Shown here one piece after another: positions 1-13,415 of a DNA stretch of 64,000 nucleotides. The stretch covers positions 8,370,001 through 8,434,000 of the forward strand of contig CM022679.1 in NCBI GenBank assembly GCA_012295275.1, in the 5' to 3' direction. The stretch comes from Chrysomallon squamiferum (Eukaryota > Animalia > Mollusca). The first letter of the stretch is position 1; each line of letters starts with the position of its first letter. The notes beneath the pieces were generated by a model. It did not search any database, was not told the DNA's origin, and saw only the letters and a program-made list of their open reading frames with translations. Position numbers and translations under genes: made by a program.

Positions 1-302
1 ATCTGTAATTATGTAAATATATTTGATTTATATTATTTTATGCCAAATTTGTTTAAAAAAAAAAAAACCTCACCCAAAGCATCAACAAGAATGCCGTCAA
101 ACCTTAACTGTGTGAAGTTTATAGCTAGTTTAATATTTTACTGTGTATTATCTGAGCATTGTAAATGGGTTTGCAACACAAACAGTGTCTTAGGTTTCTT
201 CATAACTTTTCAGAATTGTACGTTAGCAGATGTTATTAGTAACTGTAGAAACTGGGAAAAATTTCATTCATTATTAGTGAATTTTAATAATTATCTCTTC
301 AG

Positions 303-340
<38 letters not shown>

Positions 341-658
341 ATCCCTCCCCTTCCAAAAATACCCCTACCATAATAAATATTTCTTTGAAAATAAAGTTAA
401 TTAAAATAGATAAATAAAATTTGGAGCTACAAATACATTCAGGTTAGGGTGTTAAAAAGTCATTAAATGGTAGCCATTTAATACAGACACACTTCAAAGG
501 CAACACCAGAAAAGCCAGTTTTAATTGAATACACATCCCAGGAATTTTTATAAAAATCATAAAATGTTGGGGTTTTTTTTTGGGGGGGTTTTTTTTTTTT
601 CTTTCTCAAAATCTCGAATTGTTGAAGATATAAATCAGGTATTCTTTCTCAAATATTT

Positions 659-689
<31 letters not shown>

Positions 690-950
690 TTTTTTAATTC
701 AACACACACATAAATATATATGTATGTATAATTTATTTTTTCTACTCCCCATACTTATCTTTTCAAAATGATCGATACTTAGATTATTGTTGAATGTTTT
801 ACTTGAATCAAATTATGATGATGATTATTTTGACACAAATGATTAATGTATAAAAAAAAAGAGTAAATAATTTATCATCTGCCGTTAAACTTCAACAGAA
901 CAAAAAAAAAATAATAATAAAAAAAAAAATAATATAATATATAAATAAAA

Positions 951-1003
<53 letters not shown>

Positions 1004-3179
1004 TAATAATAAATAAGTGAAAAAAGAAGAAAAATAATCTTATAACTGAAGGTGTTCAGTTACATAATTTGTTATAAAGCAATAAACTGTTGTTGAAAGT
1101 TTACACATTGAAGATATAAAGTATAAAATTAACTTAATAAAATGCTCTGACTACATGCATGTGGGATGAAATATCAGATCTTGGATTAAGTTGAGCTTTT
1201 GTTTGACACATCTGTTGTAGTGATGAACAAAGCTTTCTGTATGCTTTACAGTTCCAAATTACATATTAATAATAATACCATAATATCACTGAAAGTTAAT
1301 ATCCTAAACATGGTAGAGCCAAAAATAGAATTATAATGATAATATGATAAACGTAAATAATACATTATTGCTGTTGTTGTTAAATAATTATTAGTGAACA
1401 AATATAATAATAATAATGAAAGATTAATTAAAAAATAAATATATATATATAAGGAAAATTTAATTTAAAAAAGTTAATATAAAGAATGAAAAATAAATCT
1501 ACAAAAATAGTTTTAAAATGTTATTGCAGATGATTGTATCAGTCTTGAGTTATAAAAACTGATTTTATTGAATACAACTGTTCAAAATAGAAATAAAGTT
1601 TTTATAAAAAGTGAAACATTTGTACAGCAATGAGCTGTTTTAACGAATGTGTTTAAAAGTGTTTTGTGGAGTTACTTAGAACATTTGGCAGACAGCTTCA
1701 TAAATCAGATCCTTCTAATAAATGTTAACTATTTAAAAGTATATTCATTTTTCTTTCATATTTAGATATTTAGGTTTCTCTTATCCACAGATTTGTCTGA
1801 TAAATAGCTCAGGAAAAAAATAAAATAAATAAAAGTAATTAATAAATTTAAAATGTTTTTTTTTTTTTTAAATATTAAAATATATATATAAAATAATAAT
1901 AATAATGATAAGTAATAACTTATAACTCCAGAAAACTTTTTAAAAATTAAAAAAATTAAAATAAATACAAAATAAAATAAAAATAATATTTAGAAGTCAG
2001 TTTTCTCAAGTTACAATAATCATCAAACTGTAAATGATATATAAACATAAAATAATTTTTTGCTCTACATTTTTCCTCTTTTTTTTTCCTCTATTAATGT
2101 GCCACTATTAACATTATGCAAGAAGAATTTTTTTTTCACAAAATTTAATTTTCTGTTTTATTAATGCTCAAGAAATTAAATGAAATGTGTTCTGTCAGTA
2201 CATTTTAATCGTGCATAAATACCATTATTTTGAAGTACTGTTTCTTAAACTCAAACATTATTTTTTTATTATTATTAAAATAGTATCTCATCCTTATGTA
2301 CCTATGTTTTAAAAAAAATCCACACATTTGACAAAAGTTTATTTCTAGCATCAAGATCAGTTCAGAATTTTTTTTTTTATTTTATTTTTTTTAATATTAT
2401 GTATTAGTTACTGCATGAAAAAAAATATTTCCAGTTCTTTTGGTAGCCATGTATTCTTTTGTACTGACAGCTATTTCAGAAAGTTATTTTGAAGTTTGAT
2501 GAAGGAGAAGTGGGTTTAATGGAACTACTTTAGATCTGAGATGCTGTGAAATTGTTACATATTCTGTTTTTGGCACCATATCAAATTCTTTAGTAAAAAA
2601 TAAAATAAGACATGATTTATTGAATTTTCATTTTTTAAAAATTTATTTATATATATTTTTGGGTGATGTTCTCTTGTCATCAATCTTGGAGTACTGACAG
2701 TTTAACAGGGTATCAGATTTATGATGATTTAAAAAAAAAAAGTATTATTTGACTTCTTTTAAAACATTTGTTTTGAGCATTATTTATTTTACAACTTTTT
2801 AAAACATTTTTTTATTAAAATGCTATTCATATATATCTGTATACATGCACACACACACACACATATGTATCTTATTAGGGCATTGTAATAAAAAGACATT
2901 TAGATTTTGTGTGCATATGTTTGTATGTATGTTTGTGTTTGCAAGTATGTCTTACACAATGAATATGTGTATAACCCCAGTGTGTTTGTATATATATGTG
3001 TGTGTGTCTATTTATATATTAACACAAACACATATACATAAAACAACAAAAACAACATCCAAAGGCTTTCTTTCATATATGCTTTTATGGGAAGGAAAAG
3101 ATGAAAAGAATCATTGTTGCTTCCTCAGGGGTCATCATGTCATGCAAGTGTGTTATTCTTTTTTTTATCTGTACATCTG

Positions 3180-4010
3180 TTAACCCTGAGTGTGATACTA
3201 CCACAGACCAAATTAAAAACAGGTCTTCCTTTCTCAGACAGTGAATGAACCAGTGAATGAAGAGTTTTCAGTGAATGAGCCAGTGTTTGACGACTGTAAC
3301 TTCGAAACGATTACATATAATCAGAAAGACACTTTGAAATTATTCAAGAACGAAAATGAAGATCTTCTTTCCAGTCATTACGTAGTATTTACTTTGTCAT
3401 TATCCTCAGTACAAAACATCATCCAATGACCTTTGGTGACAACCTCTTCAGCAGCATTGCTTTCAAAGATCCTTTCGAGGATATCATTATACCCCAGCCC
3501 CAGTAGAAAATCCTTCCAGTTGACTTGATTGCACCAAAACCCTTTTTTTTTTTTTTTTTTTTTTTTTTTGCAGTCCACCACAAAACAATATATTCAAGTT
3601 CTCTATGGCTTTATATGCTTTATGGTTGTATATGAGAAAAGATTCTGTTGTCAGAGCAGTATTCTACAGTTTCATGCCATGGGTACGAAGGGACATCTCA
3701 TATTTTTATGACCAAAGATATTTTGTTGTGTGGAAATGCAGCAAATGACAAAGAGCTTTTCATGTGTGGAGAATCTAAAGTTGTTACTGTCACATTGTGT
3801 TCACGGTGGTCTAATGAATTTTAATCTTCACGTCAGCACAAAGAACCTGACTTGAGAATATTACCCTGCTCTTCAAATGTTCATTTCGTAGATATCTGTG
3901 ACACCTTTCAAAAGGAATTGTTTGTAACAGTGTTTGAAGGACTAAAGTTTTCTCATTTTTTTTTATATATTTGTCTGTTTGGCTTTTCATAATTGACATG
4001 TTCTCCAAAA
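3180..4010 (-). mobile_element. Degenerate coding relic inside the STOX intron, possibly a KDZ/CxC5-type DNA transposon fragment
   Basis: Block of higher sequence complexity. Minus-strand pieces read KFIRPP*TQCDSNNFRFSTHEKLFVICC...CNQVNWKDFLLGLGYNDILERIFE, with stops, frameshifts and an inserted poly-A. The family guess rests only on a remembered resemblance to CxC5 domains. Confidence 0.3.
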
Positions 4011-4564
4011 TTAAAATAAAATACAGTAATATAATAAAATAAAATAATAATGAGCAACAAAATGAAAAAATTTGAATTACACTAATAAAAAAAGAAGAGC
4101 ATGCTTCTCAAAATAATAATAATAATAATAAAAAAAAGAGAAAATAATATTAAAATACTAGTAACAAAAACAAAATACTCAACTCATTTTTCATTCATTT
4201 ATTTATTTTTTTGACATAATTAACACATTTTAAAATATATTTTTGAAAACATGTCAGTCAAGATGTGAACACTGACCACTTTAATTTCATGGTTTAATTA
4301 ATCTGTATAGGACAGTGACTCCAGTGACCTGATACTATATCAAGTGTGTGTAACTCAGATACACCATGAATTGTGGTAAATTGATACCCTGCAATAAACT
4401 GAGATATTAAACATGATAAAACATGTCTGCTTAATATCTTGTGTCCTCACTAGACCTGTACAGTTTATCACAACTTGTATGTGTTAGTTTGGTTAAAGGG
4501 TCTTGGTTCGTAATTTTTATATAGTGCTTGTTTATTAATTAAAATAATAACAAACAACAGCAAA

Positions 4565-4596
<32 letters not shown>

Positions 4597-5046
4597 TAAT
4601 AATAATAATAAAAATAATAATAAAAATAAAAATAATAAATAATTAAAATAAATTAAAACCACAACAACAAAAAAAAAAAAAATCCATTTAAATATATGTT
4701 CTTTCATAAAAGCATCTTTTTTATTCAGAAATAAATGCTCATTATGAGATCTGACAAAGATTGATTTTCAAAGAAATTTGTTTAAATAATTTTCTTTACC
4801 AGGAAAAAAAAAAAAAAAAAAAATCACATTATAACAGAAAAAAACAGTAAATGATGACAAATTGTTCTCACTAGTAAACCAATACATTTAAGTGCTTCAT
4901 TTTTATCTGAGTCTTGGCATGTCATAATTTAATCCTTTCTATTCCTTACAGAAATTTTACATTTTAATAATTTTTTATATTGAGATAAATTTAGATTTTT
5001 CTTTAATTTGCTAATGTAATTTTCAAGTAGTTCATGAGTCCATCTG

Positions 5047-5049
<3 letters not shown>

Positions 5050-5105
<56 letters not shown>
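5050..5105. repeat. (CA)n microsatellite
   Basis: Direct reading. Confidence 0.95.
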
Positions 5106-5111
<6 letters not shown>

Positions 5112-5803
5112 TCTTGAACTATATTTCATTAATGATACTTTAATAACATGGTTTGAGTTGTAATTGTCTGTTTATTTTTTAATTCACATAAAACTGACAT
5201 TCACAAGTGTATGTTTATTTAAAAGTTTGTATACTTTTTACTAGATATATAGAGTTTTAAAATTAATTTGTTATTGTTGCTGTTGTTATTTGTTATATAT
5301 ATATATACATAATCTGCATATACATACATACATTTAAGACTGATTTATTACATACAGTTATTTGAAATTTTCAAATGAGGTTGTATATTGGGACATATTC
5401 ACATACTACTTTGGAAAAAACAACACTTGTATTTGCTTAAGATAGTATATAACAGTCTTGTAATAGTCTTGTAAAAGTATATAATTTTGTGTTGGTTATA
5501 TACATTTTTGCATTTTTATGTTTTTTATTTTGTTTTTAATTAAATATTTATTTCATGTCAGACATGCAATTTTAAAATTCATTTATTTTATTTTATTATT
5601 GTCTTTATTATTATTATTATTATCATTAAAGTCATCATTTTTAATATTGTTATATTTATCATATCATTATTATTATTATTATTTTATTTTTTATTTTTAT
5701 TATTATTAAAATTATTGTTATTATTTTTATTTCTGTATTTTGCATGTATCAAAAGGCTGCTGTTATTTTAGTTTGATGTCAAATGTTTTGTTTGTATCTG
5801 TAG

Positions 5804-5821
5804 GTGGCATGGATGGCAAAG
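5804..5821 (+). CDS. STOX: Candidate 18-nt microexon of the storkhead-box gene (adds GGMDGK before GSGYFIV)
   Basis: tttgtttgtatctgtag|GTGGCATGGATGGCAAAG|gtaaga: good acceptor and strong donor. Length is a multiple of 3, with phase 1/1 matching the acceptor at 17558 and no stop codon. Confidence 0.55.
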
Positions 5822-6609
5822 GTAAGACAGAACACATTCAGTTTTTACATCCACATGCATGCTGTTATTTTCATCACTGGACTGTTGTGTTATTAATGTG
5901 TATTTTAACGTCATTAACACATACTAACTGTCTGATATATTTCGTATACTTACCTTTACATTATGGCAACGTTTTCTACAAATAATTTTTTTTTTGTTTT
6001 TCTTTTTCAAACATTCTTACATCTGTGAAACATTTCAAATTCCTTCTCACTGCATGTTTGCATGATTTGTTGTAAATTTGTTTCATTTTTTTTATTATTT
6101 TTGTTATTTCCACACAAAATACATTTATTTTTATTACTGACATTTACATAACCTAAAAACATATTTATGATTCTGTTTACATAACTAGCGATATGTTGTT
6201 AATTCTTGGTTTTAAAGAACACATGAGGTAATGACAGTACATGTTTGATCATAATATAAAGGTGAAATGGCAAGCCATGGTATGCTTGACAATTACATTT
6301 TGAAATATTTAATTAAATATATCAGTGAATGGTTATAGAGATTTAATTTAGACAAGAATTATGTTTTACATCAACCTTAATTGAACAGAAAAACATTTGC
6401 TCAAGCTGAACTAAAATTACATCTTAAAAGAAATAAAAAACAAACAGTAAATACACATACTATAATCATATTTTTACCTTGTAATTAATACATGATAATA
6501 TATATATATATATAATAATGATAATGTGGTTTATATCGGATGAATTGTAAGATGTGATGATTTTTTAAAGAGTTAAAGAGAAAATATGGATACATTGTCA
6601 TCTTTGTTA

Positions 6610-6650
<41 letters not shown>

Positions 6651-8049
6651 TTACATCACAAAAACATGCATTTACTTTTGAATCTACTTCATGCATATTA
6701 ACATACATATAGACAGACATATGTATAACTTACAGTTTTGTTTACAAATTATACCTATGAAATATGCACACGACAAATACTGATTCACACAGGTCTCAGT
6801 ATAGTTATGAGCCATTATTGCATTCAACACAAAACCTTTTCAACGCTGAAATTACACACCTTTGGTTTTCACTCGACATATGTCTAGACCAGCCAAACAT
6901 CACTCTACCATTCTTCTGATTTTATCTCAAGTTACCTCATCCAAAATAAAGAAATGAAAAAAAAAGAAGATTTCTATAGGATGACTGCAGCAAAGCTAGC
7001 AATAAAATAGGCCCATAATCTGTTAAAACGAGCTGCTTTGCTTTCACTTTATTACCTAAATGTTGTCTCTGTATGTTTGATGTTCCCTAACAATGATTTC
7101 TGTACAGTTTATCTGTGGTAACATCTACTGAGTTTACTCCATGGAGCTGCTATAAAGTTATCAAAAAAAAAAAAGAAAAGAAAAAAAAAAAGCATATTTA
7201 ATAGATGTTATGACATGACAACATAATAGAGATATGTTTTGATGTGCTGATATGGAGAATGGGTTTGATATTCATGGATGGCAGAGTATATATAATAATA
7301 TTTCTGTAGAGAGAGGGTTATTTTTTTATATTCAAGGATGTGCCTGTGTAAAAATATTTAATTTAAAAAATAAAAATGTATTTAATAATTGTAAATAATT
7401 TTTAATGTTGACTTAAATTAGGTTAATTTCTTGAACAGAATTTTATAAATGAGTATAAATTTTTCCAAAAGTCTATGTCCCTTTTGTTCTGAATTACATA
7501 ATATATATAATAATAAATTGAAGTATATGTAATTTCCTGACTGTCACACTGAATTTGCTTATCAAACTGTAAGTTTATGTCACACACCCTTCTTAACACA
7601 CACATGTGAAAATACATGAAAATTGTTTGTTCAGTATGCAGACAGCTTGAAATAACCACAAAGTTAATTAAAAGTATTTCGGTGGCTTCTTTGAACTTGC
7701 TTCTCTGTTTTCTTACCTGTTGCTTATTATCGGGGTCTGGTTTCTGCTTTGGTAAGCAGCATGTTAAGTTGACCATCACAAGAATAAGAAATGTGTACAA
7801 CAACAAGGTCTGGTTTCTGCTTTAATAGGCATCATGTAACTCGACCTCCAAAGTGTCTACAAGATCTGTGCAAGAACAAGTTGCTGATTATTTGCTGCTG
7901 ATAGGTCTTTCAGCATTGGCTGATTCTCAACTCGTTTGTAGATCCAACCCTTCAGTGAAAAAACTTATTTGTTTTAAACATGATAGTTTTTGTGGTCAGA
8001 AAAAACCCCCATAACATTTTCACTTTTTTCTCTCTGATTGTTGTAAGAT

Positions 8050-8490
8050 TTATTTCCAAGGATAACAATCAAGTGTTTTTGTAATACAAGACAGTGCAAA
8101 ATGTACATTAACATGCTTCTTTTTCTCACATCTGTTAGGTGCATATTTCCAAGGGAGAACAGTTTTTAATAGGCAGATATGAGTATTAATATTTCTCTTT
8201 CAACTTTTGATGGGTGTACGTTATTAAGTTTTCATGTTGTTTTTTTGGTGTGTTTTTTTCTGGGATAACGATCCATGTTTTTGTAACACTAGGTTTATGT
8301 TAATATTTCTCTTTCTACTCCTGGTGGGTATGTTAGTTTATTTCCAGGGTTAACTGTTAGTATTTTAGTAATAGGAGAGAATGTAAAATGTATCTTCAGT
8401 ATTTCGTGTGTTTTTTTAACACATCTAATAGTTATTTGTTAGATAATAGACAGGAATAGCATTTTCTCTGTTTTAGTAACACAGTATCAT
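8050..8490. repeat. Old, degenerate tandem repeat
   Basis: Recurring TATTTCCA(A/G)GG..AAC...TTTTTGTAA and TTAATATTTCTCTTTC blocks. Confidence 0.5.
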
Positions 8491-9417
8491 TGTTAACATA
8501 AAATTATTCAGTACTGCTGTCAGTATTATTATGAGGGTGTGTTAATAGGTGGGTTTTTTTTTCAGCAATAGCAATTTGCATTCTGTTTTTGTTATATTTG
8601 ATACTGTATAAATTTACAATTATTATTTATTAAATAACATATCTAGTTCATCATAGTTGTATAAAATCTGTTTTAAAAAGTTTATCATATTTTTTTTTAT
8701 AAGACTTTTAAAAAAAATGTTCATCAAAGGTATAAAACATATTTTAGTTTCAGTTTACAGACAGAATACAGAAATGATAAATCATTACAAATGTGTAAAA
8801 TCTTGTACAATTTTAAAATTTTATTAAAAAAACAACAACTTAAATTGAAACCTAGAAAACATTCCTCTATTAGTGCTTATGTAAATTAAATTAAAGACAT
8901 CCATGCAAATGAGAAAGTTAAAAGTGTTGATAAAAAAAAATACAGGGTTTGAAAATCTGTTTTATCAGTTTGAAAGAAGAAATGGCTGCCATCCCAATAT
9001 ATCCCATCAAAAGAAAATTAAAATTAAAAATTAAAAAAGGAAACCAAAGTTACTTCAAAAATATTTCACAGCTCAAAAAATGTAATTTACACACAGCAAT
9101 TTAATGTAAACAACCACAAAATATTAAAATAAAAAAATAAAAATTACGGTGAAAAATAAAAAAATTAAATTAAATTAAATTAAATTAAATTAAAAAAATA
9201 TATAGACAGAAAATTATCATGGCTGAGTTATTTAAATTAGATATTAATAATGAAAAATACAGTGTCCTTACTTTATTCAGAACTAAATAATTCGATTTTT
9301 GTCATCTTCAGCTGGAAGGTAGTCTGATCTTTTTAACTTCAGAATTAAATTTTAATTTAATTATTTTAATGGCTTTGACATATATATTGACTGACTTCAT
9401 GAAGAGAAAACATGTTT

Positions 9418-9448
<31 letters not shown>

Positions 9449-9869
9449 TATATATTTTATTTTTTTATTTTTTATTATTTTTTTTTTTTTTGAATTATAA
9501 GTTAATAAATCTTTATAAATTACTATTAAATTCTTTAAAAATTTTTTATAATGATTGTAACATACTTCAGATTATGGCCAATTTTTTTAAAAGTTATATA
9601 AATGTTATTGTCTTTATTAAGATTAATGTAGCATTCAACTTAACATTGAACAAATGTTTATCCTTATTAATTTTATTACTGTTATATATTTTTTTATATT
9701 TACTAACATTTATAATATGTAGATGGAACATATCACATTCAGGTACTTTGTTTGATAACCAGTTGTTAAATGGTTTTTGTGCTGAGATATCAATAACATT
9801 CATTTATGTGTTTACCTTTTTTTAAGTTCATAAAATGAAGATTACATTTTATATATACAGCTTACCATT

Positions 9870-9870
<1 letters not shown>

Positions 9871-9956
<86 letters not shown>
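9871..9956. repeat. (AG)n microsatellite
   Basis: Direct reading. Confidence 0.95.
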
Positions 9957-9959
<3 letters not shown>

Positions 9960-10258
9960 CATGTGACACTTCATTGGTTCATTTTATTTAAATATATATC
10001 TATAAATAATATCTGTTTACATTAATTTTTTTCCAATTTGGATTGTAATCAGAATTTACTGCAGTCATTTAACATCGTTATTCATTTAATATCGTTTCTA
10101 TCTGAAAATAATTACTTATTCTTAGTGTAAATATTAGCTAGGGATATGAAATCAATTTGAATTTCAATCTGATCAATAACCGTGAACTTTTTTTTAGCCA
10201 GTTTATAATGTTTGCTGAATGCAGTCTGTGAAATAAAATGGAAATTTACTATGTGTTA

Positions 10259-10295
<37 letters not shown>

Positions 10296-10398
10296 TGTGT
10301 AAATAGGATGAAATATAATCTGTATGTGTCAGAGAAAGGTTGTCATATTCCATTTGAGGGTACTGGAGATAGAGATTGTGTATATTCATATAAATACC

Positions 10399-10541
10399 AA
10401 ATATGAAGAAAACAGAATATATAATATAATTACTGAGAATCTTTCCAGTGAAAAATTGATTCTAACTGAGGTGGAAAAACAAATACAAATTTAAGAATAT
10501 ATATGTCTTTTTAATCAAATTTTTCTTTGCATGATGCATTT
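10399..10541 (+). repeat. Dispersed ~140-bp repeat, copy 1 (copy 2 at 20603-20736)
   Basis: Both copies share AAATATGAAGAAAACAGAA...TCTTTCCAGTGAAAAATTGATT.TAACTGA...CAAATTT...TTTGCAT.ATGCAT. Confidence 0.85.
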
Positions 10542-11403
10542 GCAGATATTAATACATGTTTGATAATGACACAGTGTGTGTGTATATAAGAGAGAGAGAG
10601 AGAGAAAATGAAAACGAGGTTGAGTATGAATGGTGTCTATGAGTAATAGTCTGTGTTGGACAGGCTCACATTTACATCAAAGAAAATTTGCATGTTTTTG
10701 TCACACCTAGTAATTTTAAGAAAATGACCAGTCTTCTCTGACTTGACCACTGCATTCCATGAAGTTAATTCATTGATTCCGGTGGTTGTGACCTTGGAAA
10801 AACACTTGTCCCATGCCAAAAACCATTGATCTAAAATTCGGTGGTATCATCTGGATGACTTCAGCCAGAAAGCAAATACTGGTGCCTTCATGTTCAATAA
10901 AACTCCAATTACATTAAGAAAATTACATGTCAGAACCATTTTTTCAAACTTCATGTTTATTTTCATTGCTGGCAGTCTGGTTTTTTTTTAAATTGAACTT
11001 TGTTTATTGTCAAATGTAATTACAAATTTTATGTATTGTGTCAGTTGGTCTTTTCAGATGATTCTATGCCTGACAATTTCTGCACGTATATTACATGAAT
11101 ACTGAAAATGATTTATTAGTTTATTAACAGGGGTTCAGGCTATTAACCTTTTTTTTACTTACAGTAAAACATTAAAGTGACAGTTTAAATTCAGTTTTGT
11201 GTTAAGTAAACAAATGACTTTGTGAATGTCTGTGATAATTAATTATTTTTTGTGACCACAAAATTTTTTATAATTAATTTCTGAACAGTTGTAATCTATT
11301 TTAAAAACTGGTGTACTTTATCATTTTTAAAATGACAGTGTGTTTTTGAATGAACTTATGAATCGGTATTAATCTTCTTTTGATATCAGTTTGTAACAAG
11401 AAC

Positions 11404-11443
<40 letters not shown>

Positions 11444-12274
11444 TTAGTGTTAATATTAAAATCTGTGCTATAAATAAAATACAAAACCTATTAATGTCAG
11501 ATTTCAAGGGCTACATCAACTGTATTAGCAATATATACTTTAGACATGCCTTCCCATAAACAGAAACATATATACAGGTAACATGGCCACTGAAATAAAA
11601 AAGATTGGAAGAACAAGGTGGTACAACAAACAAAATAATCCTGTGACCAAACAAAACTCAAGGGAGTGATGCACAAACACATTTTACTTGTCTCTTTGGA
11701 AACAGCTTCAATCAACATTTCAAGAAATCATCAGCTCTTAAATATGTTAATCTGGCTTCAAAAAAAAAAAAAAAATCAGTTAATAAATCTTAATATAAAA
11801 ATCTTCACACGCATAAAGCTGTCAGTATGACAGTGGAAACAGCCAAACTGAATGTGGATTGGGTGTTCACTGTTTTTTACGTCTGTTTTTTTTTGTTTGT
11901 TTTTTTACACAAGCAGTTTTAGATTTATATCACATTGGAGTGTGTGAACTCCTTGCATTTCTGTGCTGTATTAATGGTAAGCCCTTCAGTTCTAGTTTCT
12001 ATCTGTGACAGGCATTGGTAATTTGGATTTAGACAAAAGGAAAAAATAAAAGGAGATGGCTGTCACTGTTTTGAGAAGGGTTTCTGCACTCAAGTCACAT
12101 TCAGGAAGCATCTGTCAGGTTCTTTCTCTCTCTCTCTTCTCTGCCTGTCCTCTCTCTCACACATACATACAGCCCTGATCCTTCAGCTTTGTCTTTAAAT
12201 AGCTGATGAGATTAATAATAATCTTTTTTCCTTTTTCATCCAAATGTCTTGGTGAAAGCTGTACTTATCTAAAC

Positions 12275-12321
<47 letters not shown>

Positions 12322-13059
12322 ACACATGCTTAGTGAGAAAGAGATGTGAATATACAGACAGAAATTTCACTTTGTTTCTGTTTAACCATTTTTTATTTTT
12401 TATTTTGTTCAGAATGTTTCAGTTGAAGAGTAAAATTCAGGAAGATGTTTTTTAAATTGATATTATTTAAAACTCCATAGCAACAACAACATCAACAACA
12501 ATTAAATAAAATTTCAAAAAAAATAATAAATAAAATCCAACACTTCCAAAAACACAAGACAGAAGAAACCTGATAATGATCCACTTCCCATTCAAAACTA
12601 AATGCAGAGAAAGAAACAATTAATACAAAAAAACCAAGCATTTCTAACTGAAGCATGAAAACGTACTGAAACAGTTTAAGCAAGAAAGAAATATAATATG
12701 ATTAATGTCATCTTCTGTTTCTTTATGTTATGTGACTTTACTGTGCGATTGACAATTAACTTTCTGTTCATACATAAATTAGTACATTAATCACCTTCAT
12801 CATGCCAACTTTCTTCTAGAACTGGGAAACAGCACATACCACTGAACAAAACCAGAGAAATGATCAAAGTATACTCGGAGACAAAAGTCCAGCAGCATGG
12901 TTCATTTAGTGCTAAATGTAGCATGGCAAATCTGATCAGAGATATAACGCAAAGAGTGACAATATCAGATTAATCTGACAGGTTATATCTCAGACATAAC
13001 AGATTCAATCAGTAAATTGTCATAGGGCAAAGTAACATAATTCATTTTGTCATGATTTA

Positions 13060-13415
13060 TTGGTAATACACGTCTGTGTGTATTGAATAATCTGTTCTCT
13101 GTGTATGTCTGTCTGTACTGAATGATGTTTCTGTGTGTCTGTATATTGAGTAATCTCTTTTGTATGTGTCTGTGTGTTTTGAGTAATATGGTTGTGTCTG
13201 AGAATTGAATAATCTATGGCTGGCTGAGTACTGATAATCTATGTATATGTTGAACAAATCTGTCATCTGTCTGCATGAATGTAATGAGTAATCAGTATTG
13301 GATATTCTCTTGCATGGCTGTGTTTTGAGAAATCTCTTTTCAGAAAAATCTGTTTCTCTGTATGTATGACTGTATTGAAAAATATGTTTTCTCTGTCTGC
13401 TTAGTTGTATTGTCA
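13060..13415. repeat. Degenerate minisatellite (TATTGA(A/G)TAATCT...TGTGTCTG-like units)
   Basis: Repeated unit is visible, and explains the repetitive minus-strand ORF 13057-13437. Confidence 0.65.
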
